A stretch of DNA of 64,000 bases, taken from assembly GCF_009914755.1 (NCBI RefSeq), contig NC_060938.1. One strand, given 5' to 3'. The stretch comes from the human T2T-CHM13v2.0 reference genome, Homo sapiens. Below are positions 1 to 11,830 of the stretch, one piece after another. Numbering within the stretch: the first letter of the stretch is position 1; every line of letters begins with the position of its first letter. The notes below the pieces were generated by a model. It did not search any database, was not told the DNA's origin, and saw only the letters and a list, made by a program, of their open reading frames with translations. The position numbers were made by a program, and so were the translations under genes.

Positions 1-1274
1 TTCTCCTCTCTCATTCATTTAACTAGTAAGCCTTACCTTTATTCTGCTAAGCCTATGAACATAACTTGGGAGATTTTTCTGATATTCTTGTCTTTTTAAT
101 ACTGACCATATTCTTAGATGAGTGGTTCAAAATGCTTTCTCCCTTAGTTTTGCATTTTCCACATTGATTTCTCAATAGTCTTTGTATATGTATCATGTTA
201 GGGAGTTTCATATTACATTATTCCTTCGTGTTCTTTTCTCCACAGACATCAGTTCAGCCTCTGTGAATTTAAAAATAAATCAAGGTGTAATTAACCTATT
301 TATGGAAATGAAAAATTCTCTATCACATCTCCTTTCCTCCCCTACAACAAGGTATCTGCTCCTCCTGTTTGTTCTCAATAACAAACAAAATTCCTTGGGC
401 CGATGATATTATTTGTCAGCCAGCATGGAAGAATACTGTGAGTCATTGTATTTCCTGCTATCTGTTTCTATCCTTTTTAAATATATGAAGCTTTTGCTCA
501 TCTCTTCATTTCCTTAATATTTCCCTCATTGTAGGTCAGTAAGCTTCACACCAGCCACTATCTTTCTCGCCAGTTTACTCACTCCTCCTTTAACTTTCTT
601 TAGACAAATCACAGATTTATTTTTGTTTCCCATTCTTTTCCAGTTATCTTAGAAATATTTTTCTCCCTGTCTTTGTTCCACTTGTGAGAAAAAGGGGGCT
701 AATCCAGACTATTCTATATAGAGTATTGCTGGCAATATCTCTATAGTAAAGAGAGTGAAACCTGGAAGCTTTGATGTGGAATTAGGGAGAATAAAGAACC
801 AGTGCCTTGAACTTCTAAACCCAATGAAAATACACAGTAAATGCATTCAGGGTCTTTGAAAGTCAACGTTTGCTTCCTTATCTTTCTCTAATTAAATCTA
901 CTCTCACAGAACAGAATCTTGATTTTTGTTTTGTGTTTCTCTTTGCTGTTTCAAGGATATTGTTTGCTACAATTGTTCTAACACAATTGTACAATATTTC
1001 AGTTCCCATTGAGGTTAAAAATGCTTTTGCTAAGTGGACCCTTACAGATGATGCATAACGTTTCATTTTGTCTTTGAGGTCAAAGCAATCAGCATATGAC
1101 TTTTTGAAAACATTTATTTCCATCAAGGGACTACTGTGTACTAATTTCTTATGCTTGATGAATTTTATTAAATATTTTATTGCCAATCGTTTATTTTCAA
1201 AACTGAATGCCTCCACTTCCTTTGCATCAAACAAATAACCACCTTAATAGGTAGGTTACTAACACTCCAGTTTT

Positions 1275-1560
1275 TAATGTCTATTCATTTATTCATATGG
1301 CAATTCTTTACAACAGTTAATCATAGAATGCTTAGTACATACCAGGCATCATGCTAAGTCCTGAGACAGAGATATTTAAGAAATCCAAATTTCAGGTGCT
1401 CACACTCCAGTGGAGGATGTCAGATGAGTAAAAAGAATTATAAGATAGTGACAATTATAAGATAGTGACAATTATAAGATAGTGACTAAATGATAACAGA
1501 GATATAAAGTGCCCTAGGAACACAGAAGAGGGTACTAACTTATGCACTGAGGTCCAGACC
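1275..1560 (-). mobile_element. L2 LINE 3' fragment (old, diverged)
   Basis: cattcatt-like tail followed by ccaggcatcatgctaagtcctgagac...gctcacactccagtgg, the reverse complement of the L2 3' end. Confidence 0.55.
1436..1486. repeat. Perfect tandem repeat, 3 x 17 bp (AATTATAAGATAGTGAC)
   Basis: Three identical copies at 1436-1452, 1453-1469 and 1470-1486. Confidence 0.95.
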
Positions 1561-1699
1561 TGGAAACTTTACTCTCAGAAGGGTTTTACTTGTATGTTAG
1601 GCGGTGGAAAGAAACTAACAATTGTAATGTAACCTTGAAGAATTAACCTCATTGGACTAATAGCTGAGCAGTGATTTCTAGGCCTGATTGTCATACATC

Positions 1700-1830
1700 T
1701 GGTGTAGTAGTATGGGCTTTGGAATTAGACACTACTTACTAAGTAGTGGCCCCTCTAAGATTCAGTTTTCTTATCTACAAAATTGGAATGATGACACCTG
1801 CCTCATTTAGCTTGAATGAGATAATGATGT
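1700..1830 (+). mobile_element. MIR SINE fragment
   Basis: MIR core-like tcagttttcttatctacaaaattggaatgatg...aatgagataatg. Confidence 0.55.
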
Positions 1831-1929
1831 TTCTATCTTTTCTTTAAGCCCCTCCTGATGGAATTTAGAAATAACAAGAGTAGTGGAAAAATTGAACTCT
1901 GATAATCACACTTGGTAAACTCAAGCCCC

Positions 1930-2140
1930 AGGTTAAGCAATTTACATACCTAATTCTTTAGATCATCATCACAACCTTATTAGGTACATATTATTATTTC
2001 TATTATCTTCAGTTAACAAGAATGAAAATCAGGTTTACAAAAGTTCAATGATTTGCCCAAAGACGTGGTTAGTAAAAGATATTGCAGGAGCTTGAATTTA
2101 CACCTGCATGGCACTGAAGTCCAGGTTCTTACCCACTCTT
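1930..2140 (-). mobile_element. MIR SINE fragment
   Basis: cacaaccttattaggt...gatttgcccaaagac...ggagcttgaatttacacc resembles antisense MIR. Confidence 0.55.
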
Positions 2141-2343
2141 TTGCTCTTGTTCCCTGTCTTGGTTTATTTTGATTGATGAATATGGCCACACTTGTCTCAC
2201 ATGTTTTGTTCCCAGACAGAAGATTATGGTAGACATTGGATTATACTTTCCATGGGGACATGCACTATGTGTGTTTTGCTAAGCAGAATTGTCATCATAT
2301 TGCACAGAATCTAGTACCAAGATGGCACACCTATTTGTAAAGG

Positions 2344-3243
2344 TGCAGGCTATGCTGATGTAACAAAGGGACTCTAAAACACAGATATTTATTTTCCTCT
2401 CACATAATAGTTTATGGCTGATGGGTAGGCTTGACTTTGCCATTTTCAGTAAGTAGGCAAGAGTGAGAAGTCCAGGTCAAGGATTTTCTTCAAGGTAAGT
2501 GATGCTGAAATTGCCCCCACTCTTTCCACTCAGTTGCCATTAGTGCATACTTAGATCACACACCTGTAAGATCAACTGGAAAATGTAGGTTCTAGTTGGA
2601 CAGCTACCTGCTCAGGAAGGAAGTGCGATGGTTCATTTTAGGTGTCAACTTGACTGAATTCAGGAATACCTAGCAACTTAGTAAAGCATGATTTTGGGGT
2701 GTGTTTGTGGGGGTGTTATCAGAGGAGATTAGATATGAGTCTGAAGGATTAGATGGAGAAGATCTGCCCTCAATGTTGGCATGAACCATCCAATCTACTG
2801 GGGGCTGGGAGAAAACAAAAATAGAGAAAAAGTGAGTCTGTTAATTTTGCTGCTGGGGCTGGGATAACTTCTTCCTCTCCTATTCTAGGACAATAACTCC
2901 GGGCTCCCCAGCCTTTGGACTCCAGTGCTTAACAAGAAGGCCCCTTCAGGATTCTCAGACCTTTGGTTTTGGACTGAGAAATACACCATTGGCTTTCCTG
3001 GTTCTGAGGCTTTTGGTCTTGGACTGAGCCACGCCGTCAGCATCCCAGGGTTTGCAGCTTGCAGATCGCCTGTCATGGGACTTCTCAGCCTCCGTAATCA
3101 CGTGAGCCAATTCCCCTAATAAATCCCCTCTCATATATTTATATTTATCTGTATATATCCTATTGGTTCTCTCTCTCTGGAGACCCCTGAGTAATACAGG
3201 AGGTGAGAATAGATTTGGGGATACTACCAGCAATTTCCATTAC
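2344..3243 (-). mobile_element. Old MLT1 (MLT1J/K-like) MaLR LTR, split by the MLT2 insertion
   Basis: Begins aggctatgctgatgtaacaaa and resumes after 3198 as gagaatagatttgggg...agcaatttccattaca. Confidence 0.5.
2624..3198 (+). mobile_element. MLT2 (ERVL) solo LTR
   Basis: TG..CA termini; gtgtcaacttgactg start and cctattggttctctctctctggagacccctgagtaataca end; near-TSD ggaag/ggagg. Confidence 0.9.
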
Positions 3244-4089
3244 AGTGCTCAATGAATATTTATGGAATGAATGAATGAAGACAATCAAAGCATGTAAGTC
3301 AACCTGGGCCCCAATGAGATCAAGGCAAAGATGTTAGTTTGATCCGCTAGCTTAGAAATCTATGCCAGCATGCCAATGTGTCTTTCCAGCTAATTCTTGC
3401 CAAAACACATCTTTAGTCAGAGCTACCTATTGTAAATATCTCTTCACTATAGTGTTTTCCTTTAATCTATGACTGTCAACTTTTCTCCTGAATGTCAGAA
3501 TGGGATCGAAGCCACAGAAGAGTTTATGTGAGCTCCATGGATTATGCTGCCCTCTTAAGGAAGATAAAGTGACAGGTTATACAGTACTTATCTATATCAC
3601 CTGTCAGAGACTCTGTATCTGGGGGCAGAGAGAAGATCAGGAGTTTTAGCTGGTTATTTGTGATTCTCTTTCACAACTACCTGTGAAACTACCTTGTGTA
3701 TCTCTGACATTGGCAAAATATAGTTTTAGTTCTCCTAAAGAAAGTGCTGGAAGTTTATTCCCTATGAACTTCTAGACTCTATCAGATCAATATTCTGAGT
3801 GGGAAGTCTATCCTAGCAACTTCTTTTCTGCAATGTGACAATATCTTGTTAGAATTTTTTTTTTTAACAGCCAGTGTAGGAGCCTGTATAGTGTGATGTC
3901 CAACTGGTGGCAGATAATTTGTCCCACATAGAGTGTGACCACTCTTCTTTGTTTTCCAAGTATGTGGCAGAGTTTTTAAAATTTCACTGAGTCAGTAGTC
4001 AGAATTACAATAGACTTTGTGAATGTAGAAGAGGCAAAGCCACAGATCTGGGGGGGCTTGTAAGCGAGGCGGTATTCTTCAAAACTTAC

Positions 4090-4117
4090 CAAGGTGGAAC
4101 CTTTCTCACTTGTAAGG
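4090..4117 (-). other. Candidate 28-nt exon
   Basis: Minus strand: ttctttattttttcag|CCTTACAAGTGAGAAAGGTTCCACCTTG|gtaagt. Confidence 0.35.
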
Positions 4118-4149
4118 CTGAAAAAATAAAGAATAACTACGGAAACCTT

Positions 4150-4380
4150 ATATCTCTTTAAGCTCTTTCATTCCTAAGAGCTTAAAGTGACACTCTAGAC
4201 CTACATCTCATTTATTTTCACAACATCCCTGTGGAGTCAGAGGCTAGTTGTTCTTCACTGTTCATGCTGTTCAGAGGGAAGCAATGCCCTGAGAACTCAA
4301 ATGACTTGCATTCAAGGTCAAAAAGTGAGAAGTTGTAAAGCCAACACTTGAATTCAGGTGTTCTGACTCTTCCCCTAGTA
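4150..4380 (-). mobile_element. MIR SINE
   Basis: atctcatttattttcacaacatccctgtgg...aatgacttgc...caaggtca...ttgaattcagg...tctgactc. Confidence 0.6.
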
Positions 4381-5641
4381 GCTGCTTTAAGATGAATCCA
4401 TTTGGGAAAGAAATTTAGCTGGGAGAACTAAAAATGTATCATAAATAAACATGATGTCATGATACATGAAGGTTCAGATCTGGAAATGTTTCTTAGTCTG
4501 CAGATTAAAAAATGCTTTTGATGAGTCGACAACATTCAGTGCTGTGAACTGTTCTTACTCCATCAAGCCATAGGTACAGAGATCATCATTCTGTATTTAG
4601 TTTGGAATGATGCCCCAGAATCAGAGTTGCTAAGTAGCACTAATGATTTCACAGATTTCAGGAAGAATAGGGGACATTGACCATGACACATAACGATTCT
4701 TATTACATGGTTGCAGAATAGAATACTTGTTATTACCAATTAAAAAGTGGGGTGAACAAAATCTAAATTCATGGACATGTAGGGTTGGAGCAGAGTCTCC
4801 TTAGCCCTAATGGTAGCTTTATGTGAATCAGAAAATGTGCTTTTCTTCCAGGTGGACACAACCTTAAGCCAGGGTACACAGGTTAGTGAGCAAAGCTTTG
4901 GCTGGATTCAGCTTTGTTTATTCATCTCCTCACATGGATGGTCTTTGTGGCCATCTAAGATAGAAAAACACCCTTCAAAGTCGCCTAACTCACTTTCTCA
5001 CATTCAGGTAATATAATATCATGTCTACCTCGCAATATAAATTAGTTCACTTTTTAAAAACTCTTGGCAAAAATATTTTCACAACTGCATCATATTGCTT
5101 CTCATAATACTTTGAACTCCTTGATGTTAGCATGTGTTGAGGAGGAGGAGAAATAGATGCAACTATAAAATAAAAAATGGTTTGAATATTTTAACTAGCT
5201 TTTTACCAGAAAAAAAAAAAAGGACTTAAAAGATACTTGAGGTGACCTTGCCTAAGTTGTCTGAAAATTCCTTCTCTTAAATAAAAAAATATGGGTATGG
5301 TTCATCTTTATATGAAGGAAGATATCATGAGTGTCCAATATTGAGAGGAAGCTGACATTTACATGTAATTTCTTAGGAAGTCAACCTTAGGCAGGACACA
5401 ACTTTCAGCATTGGAAGGCCAGAGAGAGGGAAAACTTACGTTGTAGTAGGTCCATCTGATACATGCATCCTTGTAAGTAAAGGGATAATTTGTCCTACTT
5501 TTCTGAAAATCTAAAATTACCAGCTTTCACTTGGGACCTGAGTTAGTATGATCAATCATAAAACAGATGGGACAAAAAGGAGATTAAAAGAAATAAACTA
5601 CATTAAAAGTAGACACAGCCAATCTCTTTGATCCCACTTAC

Positions 5642-5681
5642 CTCAAATTAAAGCACTGTATGATGGACAGTGACTTCCTCT
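5642..5681 (-). other. Candidate 40-nt exon
   Basis: Minus strand: ctgattgttgctgtcttttcag|AGAGGAAGTC...TAATTTGAG|gtaagt. Confidence 0.35.
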
Positions 5682-6249
5682 CTGAAAAGACAGCAACAAT
5701 CAGTTTTATATAGATTATGAATTTGCAGCATATTTAAGAAGCTTCACAAGAGGTGCGTTTATAATGTGCTCCCCGTTGAAAGTGAAGAACAGCAGAGGGA
5801 AGTGCTGGGATATAGATATGTAACCTGGACAAACTTCAGACAGCCCAATAAAAGAAGAGGGCCTAAATTTTCCATGAATCAGGATTTTAGATAAATGTAG
5901 GCCTGAAGATCAAGAACGACTAGCGCCTCCAAAATATAAGTAGTTGTGATAAACAAAACAAAACAGAACAAAAAAACCCTAGTTCCTACAAAAGTTGCTC
6001 TCTTTTTTAGACTCTATTATTCTTGTAAGAATATTATTATAAACATGTGGTCATGCAAATGTTTGATGGGTGTATCATAATTCACAGCTTAAGAAAAGGA
6101 GGTGGGCAGAAATTAATTGATTTGTTCAAATGGCATTAGCAAACAAAATTTCCAATTTCTGATTTCCATATGTTTCCATAAACTTGACAATTTCTAGAGT
6201 TTGCCAAATAAATCCATGAAATACCAATAGGTACTATTTGTTAAGTGGA

Positions 6250-6609
6250 TACAATATACTAAGGTTTGTGTCCCCTCCAAATTAATATGTTAAAACCTCA
6301 TCATGAATGTGTTGGAACTAATAGGTGGAGCATTTGGGAGGCAATTAGGTCATTAAGGAGGAGTGCTGGTGAATGGAATTAGTGCCCTTATAAAAGAGAT
6401 TCCAGAGACCTAACTAGTTCCTTTCACCATGTGAGGACACAGCAAGAAGGCACCGTTCATGAACCAGAAAATAAGTCTCACCAGACATCTTAATCTGCTG
6501 GTACTTTGACCTTGAACTTCCCAGCCTCCACGACTGTGAGATTTTTCTGTTGTTTATAAGCCACTCAGTTTATGGTATATTGTCATAGCATACTGAACAT
6601 TCTAAGACA
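6250..6609 (+). mobile_element. MLT1A-family MaLR solo LTR
   Basis: gtttgtgtcccctccaaatt...gtgcccttataaaagag...ccatgtgaggacacagcaagaagg...ttcccagcctcca...taagaca. Confidence 0.85.
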
Positions 6610-6662
6610 TTATGTGAATAATTATTATGTGTATTAATTACTATGCTAAATTCTTTACATAG

Positions 6663-7376
6663 TATGATGGACTGAATTATGTCCCCAGTAAAATATATAT
6701 GTTGAAACCCTAGCCTCCAATGTGACTGTTTTTGGAGATAGGGACTTTAGGCAGGTAACTAAGATTGAATGAAGGGCTGGGTGCAGTGGCTCATGCCTGT
6801 AATCCCATGCACTTTGGGAGGCTGAAGAGGGTGGATCATCTGAGGTCAGGAGTTCAAGACCAGCCTGGCCAACATGGTGCAACCTCTACTAAAAATACAA
6901 AAATTAGCCGGCTGTGGTGGTGAGTGCCTGTAATCCCAACTACTAGGGAGGCTGAGGCAGGAGAATTGCTTGAACCTGGGAGACAGAGGTAGCAGTGAGC
7001 TGTGATGTGCCACTGCACTCCACCCTGGGCGACAGAGCAAGACTTTGTCTCCAAAAAAAAAAAAAAAAAAAAAGATTGAATGAGGTCATAGGGGTAGGGC
7101 CCTAATCTGATGAGGCTGGTGTCATAGTAAGAGAAAAAGAGACTCCAGAGATCTCTCTCTGTCTGTCCTTGCATGAGCACAGAAGAAGAGCCACATAAGG
7201 ACACTGCAAGACAGAGGTCCTCTGTAAGCCAGTACAAGAGGCCCCACTAGAAACCAACCCTGATGACACCTTGGTCTTAGACTTCTGCCTTCCAGAACTG
7301 TGAGAGTGTATATTTTTGTTGTTTAAATCACCCAGTCTCTGGTGTTTTGTTATGGCAGTCCCAGTAGACAAATATA
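6663..7376 (+). mobile_element. MLT1A/B MaLR solo LTR interrupted by an Alu
   Basis: atggactgaattatgtcccc...gaggtcataggggtagggccctaatc...gacttctgccttccagaactgtgag...ttgttatggcagtcccag. Confidence 0.85.
6775..7071 (+). mobile_element. Alu (AluS-type), full length
   Basis: Dimeric Alu with poly(A); TSD aagattgaatga(a/g)g at 6761-6774 and 7072-7085. Confidence 0.97.
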
Positions 7377-7429
7377 TAATTAGCTCAATTTAGCTTCTTA
7401 ATGGAAATGTGGTATTATTTTAGAAATTC

Positions 7430-7670
7430 AATATAGTGACTAGCAGTAAGGCTGTAGATCCCAGTTGCCTGACCTCCAATCCCAGCCCTACCACTTTCTA
7501 CACATGTGGTCTGGGAAAGTTCTCAATCTCTCTATTCACATGATTTTTTCATCTGCAAAATGAAAGTAATAAGAAGTATCTTTCTTATTGGGTGTGGAGA
7601 GGGTTAAATGCATTAATGTTTAGTATGATAGTGACAGGCATAGAGAAAACACTCAATATGAATAAGCTAT
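7430..7670 (+). mobile_element. MIR SINE
   Basis: cccagccctaccactttcta...ttttcatctgcaaaatgaaagtaataa...gggttaaatg. Confidence 0.6.
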
Positions 7671-9524
7671 TTTTATTAGCCCCATTTTCAGATGGAGAAA
7701 CTGAGGCCTAGGGAGATTAAAGATCAAGATCAAGATTATTCAGCTACTAAGCTATTAATCTGGGAAGTACCATTATTAGAGCCAGATTCCTTATTTTTAG
7801 AAACCAAGGCCTTCATCTTTATACTGTGTTGACCTTCAGGCAAAGCAGAATCAAATGAGATATGCAGTTAAATTTTTTTCTAAATAGACTAACAATCTAA
7901 ACATTTTGCAATTTGCCTGCTTGCATTGCAGAGCCAGAGCTCTAGTGGGGCATTTTGAACCACTTTACCTTGCTAAAATCACCAGGGCTTTGAATGTCAG
8001 GCAGGAAGAAATCTATTATTTCTCCCCAACATAATCCCAACTTGCTTTCTCTTGTTTCAGCAGTTCTAGGAAATGTCCAAAATATAGGCTAAGCACTCTG
8101 GTAAGTGCTTAAAGTATATGAGGAAATTTAGCTATAGAAAATGCTACATAAAAACCATGCAGTGGGCACTGAGAATTCCGAGGTAACCTCAGTCTACTAA
8201 GTTTATTTTACTTCATTCCATTGGGCAGTGAGACCTAGATGGGTTTGTAAGACATTGAGAGATGTTGGTCTTTTGGCAGCTTATTTGTCTCTATGGTAAG
8301 TACTGCATACTGGGAACAATTAGGAAATTCCTCCCATCTTTGTCTCAGGTAAACCATTATCTCTGCCCACTTGGTTGGATTTCTGTTGGCTCTGGCCTTG
8401 GTTCTCTGGTTGCTTATGGTATGATTTGTAAGACATGACTCACCTTCTGGAAAGCTAGAGGCCACATCACTGTCAACTATTGAATATACTCTTGACCTGA
8501 GACCATGATGCATGTTAAATGCTCTTGGTGTGGCCAGAGGGAGAGGAATTTAATTGCTTTGGCTTATGATGGGCCATCTTCTCTTTGCTCTTGATGTTTT
8601 GCCAGAGGTGCTCAGTTGATCTTCCATGATCTCGTCTCTGTACACAGTTGGTCCTCCAACTCCTACTTCTCTTCATAGTATATCTTTGTGTTTCCATCAT
8701 TTAGCACATAATAATTATTTGCTGTACTTCGAGGTCATTGAAGGTAGGAAGTATATATATATATTGCTATATATATTCATATATATGTACACACACATAT
8801 ATTAGTCTAGATGCTATGGGCTATGCTGGGCATTGGAGATAGTTTCAAGGCACTCAAAATGTATTTCCTGAATGAATGCACCAGTGAAGGGATTAATGGG
8901 TTCTACTCAGTTGCTGTTGAATAAAGAGGACCTAGCAATATACATTTCCATGTTATAGGATATTGGAAGATAAAGGATTGAATAGATATTTATATATGTG
9001 CACTTCTTTGAAACATGGCCAGAAGTCAATATCTTCTCAGGCCAAATGGCAATACTTAAGAACTGGATAACTTTCAAATTTGTAGGTGCTGGAAGATACT
9101 AAGTATGTTGGCTTAGTGGAAATTCTCCAGCTTCTTCAATTGTCAGAACTAAATGCTATTCTGAGAAGGAGCTCTGATGTCCCCATGGTAACAGGGCCCC
9201 ATTAAAGGCATGACATCACAAAGCTGTCCTTGTTTGAAGACACTTGGGAATTTCAGGTATAAACGGAAATACTGTTAAAGGCAAATTATACATACATATT
9301 CTGTGTAATTATGTGCACATGTATAGATATGTCTAATTTAGCCACATCTCTCATTTAGTTTTGTTTATCATTAGGCTTTTTAGTGACTTAAATCTCAGAC
9401 GTGGATATAGCTCCAGGTGCTTAAATAAAAGCTCATTTAAATTTTGGAGTAAATATCAATTCCTTTGCTTATTTACTTATTATTACTCTTAACACAGTGA
9501 AGAGAATGTTGATTCTTAACATAA

Positions 9525-9995
<471 letters not shown>

Positions 9996-10136
9996 TGATA
10001 AAAGCTAGTCAAAATATTTAAAAAATTATTTTGTAGCTGCATCTACTTTGCAGTGTCAGAAAAAGAACAGTTTTTTTTTTTTAAAAGAAAGAAAACATAA
10101 GGTCCATGGATTTGGGAAGGGTCTTGATTCCCTCAC

Positions 10137-10258
10137 CAATAGCATTATCCCTTTGCCTAGTTATGGATTCCCTTCCTATCAGAGACAATGCTTTTAATGG
10201 TTCCATTTTTATGTTATACAGTGCAGCCAGGAAAGATGTTAGGCAGACTGGATTAGCT
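10137..10258 (-). other. Candidate 122-nt exon containing a strong-Kozak ATG (10206)
   Basis: Minus strand: tttttctgcattttcag|AGCTAATCC...GCTATTG|gtgagg; one frame is open across the whole exon; AAAATGG context. Confidence 0.35.
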
Positions 10259-10359
10259 CTGAAAATGCAGAAAAATATGACAAGGTGAAAGCCTAGCCAT
10301 GAAGCTGGTTAGCTCATAAATGATAAAAACTTGACAGAACTTGTAAGAAGAAAATGTGA

Positions 10360-10550
10360 ACAATTTGCATAAGTGTGTTGTAGGAACAAGTGTGTCTAAG
10401 TGTTTATGCTGGCTAAAGAGATGCTCTGAGCTGGAGTATTTGCCAAGGTGACTCTTCTCTCTATGGTGCTTTTTTAAAGGTTCTTGCTGTAGTTCCCCCC
10501 ACCGGCCCCACTCTCATCCTCCCACTGGCCCAGCAAATTCTTCGGAATTG
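10360..10550 (-). promoter_or_regulatory. Promoter-like motif cluster (TATA-like, GC/CACCC box, STAT6-type site, octamer)
   Basis: TTTAAAAAAG (- strand, 10469-10478), ccccccaccggcccca (10495-10510), TTCTTCGGAA (10538-10547), ATTTGCAT (10363-10370). Confidence 0.3.
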
Positions 10551-11196
10551 TTAAAGATATGAAGCTGAATGTTTTTGGCTTTGCTTATGACATTGAGCCA
10601 CACTAAATTTTTCTGAATGAAAGTCTAATGCTGTTTTTCTAAATAATATCTATGTATTGTTCCTTCATTGACATTCATATAAGGAAAAATGTTTTACATT
10701 TTCTATATTTCAAATGACTCCAGAGAAGTGGGCTCCGCGAGGATTTTCCTGAGGGCTAGCGTGAACAAAATACCTGAGGATCAAAAATCACTTTCTCTAT
10801 ATCTCTCAAATCCCATGCAATTATAAGTAAATTTCTGTTTCTTCCCAGTGGAAAAAAGTTCAAATAGGAAGCTAAAGCTGGGAGGAACCTTAGAAAACAT
10901 GTTGTTCAATGCCCTCATTTTCTAAAATGAAGAAATGAAGCCAGAAGAAGAAACTAAGCCATGATATGAATTTGTGGCAGAACCAGAGCAGGAAAATAGG
11001 AATCCCAGCTACAAATTTATTGCTAGCATGAGGGAATATCTATATCTATATATGTATACATGTAATATATGCATATGTATGCATACAATATATGATACAT
11101 ATATCCCCGCATGTTCAGAATGAACTAACTGTACATATATATGTGAGTTCACGTATATGTGAATATAGCTTAAATTCTAATTTAATCTAACCTCCC

Positions 11197-11356
11197 TTAC
11201 TACTCAAAATGTGATCTGGGGACCAGCAGTATTGCTGCCACCAGGAGCTTGTTAGAAATGCAGAATCTCAGGCTGTACCCCAGACCTACTAAATCAGAAC
11301 CTGCATCCTAATAGGATCCCCAGGAGATCCACATGTATTAAATTTAAAAAGCACTG
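11197..11356 (+). mobile_element. MER5A (hAT-Charlie) DNA transposon
   Basis: gaccagcag...gagcttgttagaaatgcagaatctcaggc...cccagacctactaaatcagaa...aagcactg. Confidence 0.8.
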
Positions 11357-11629
11357 TTCTAACAATTCCTGATTTTTATGTTAATAAAGTATAGTTATTG
11401 AGAGTCCCCCAAATAATCCAAACTTTCATTTTATGTGTTGATTTTGCATCTATCTTTTCTCTCCTTCACTAAATTTTACAGGCACTTTAAACTACTACAA
11501 AATGAAATGATATTGAAATTTGTCACTTCCATTCCATCCTTGCCTTTTAGTAGAAAGGGTTATCTTCAGTTCAGATTTTGCCTCCTCCTATTTAAATAAT
11601 TGTTAATAGTATTGCATGTTTGTTCTTCT

Positions 11630-11830
11630 CTCAAAAGTGTGCTAAGTACATTGTACCCATTATCTCATTTAATCCATGCAACAATTAATGAGGTAATAAT
11701 GATCACAGTCTCCATTTTACATAAGAGAAGACTGAGGTTGGAAGAGATCAGCTGACAGCTACAATGTGTCAGAGCCTGGACTCGAACCTTGATTTAACTT
11801 AGTCCAGAGTATGAACAATAACTACAATAT
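11630..11830 (-). mobile_element. MIR SINE
   Basis: gtgctaag...attatctcatttaatcc...tccattttacataagagaagactgagg...gactcgaacc. Confidence 0.65.

Noticed and set aside
878-1234. 118-aa minus-strand ORF and the overlapping + strand reading ILFATIVLTQLYNISVPIEVKNAFAKWTLTDDA after an acceptor-like site
   Set aside because: TTG start, no recognisable protein match, no linked coding exons; cannot be supported as a CDS
1436-1486. CRISPR-like repeat array
   Set aside because: Head-to-tail copies without spacers in a primate genome
8436-8450. Strong minus-strand donor AAG|gtgagt
   Set aside because: No convincing acceptor or promoter found upstream
11035-11170. Self-complementary TA/CA-rich stretch (similar at 8752-8800, 29370-29450, 33315-33460, 35738-35785)
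   Set aside because: Degenerate dinucleotide low complexity; palindromy is trivial
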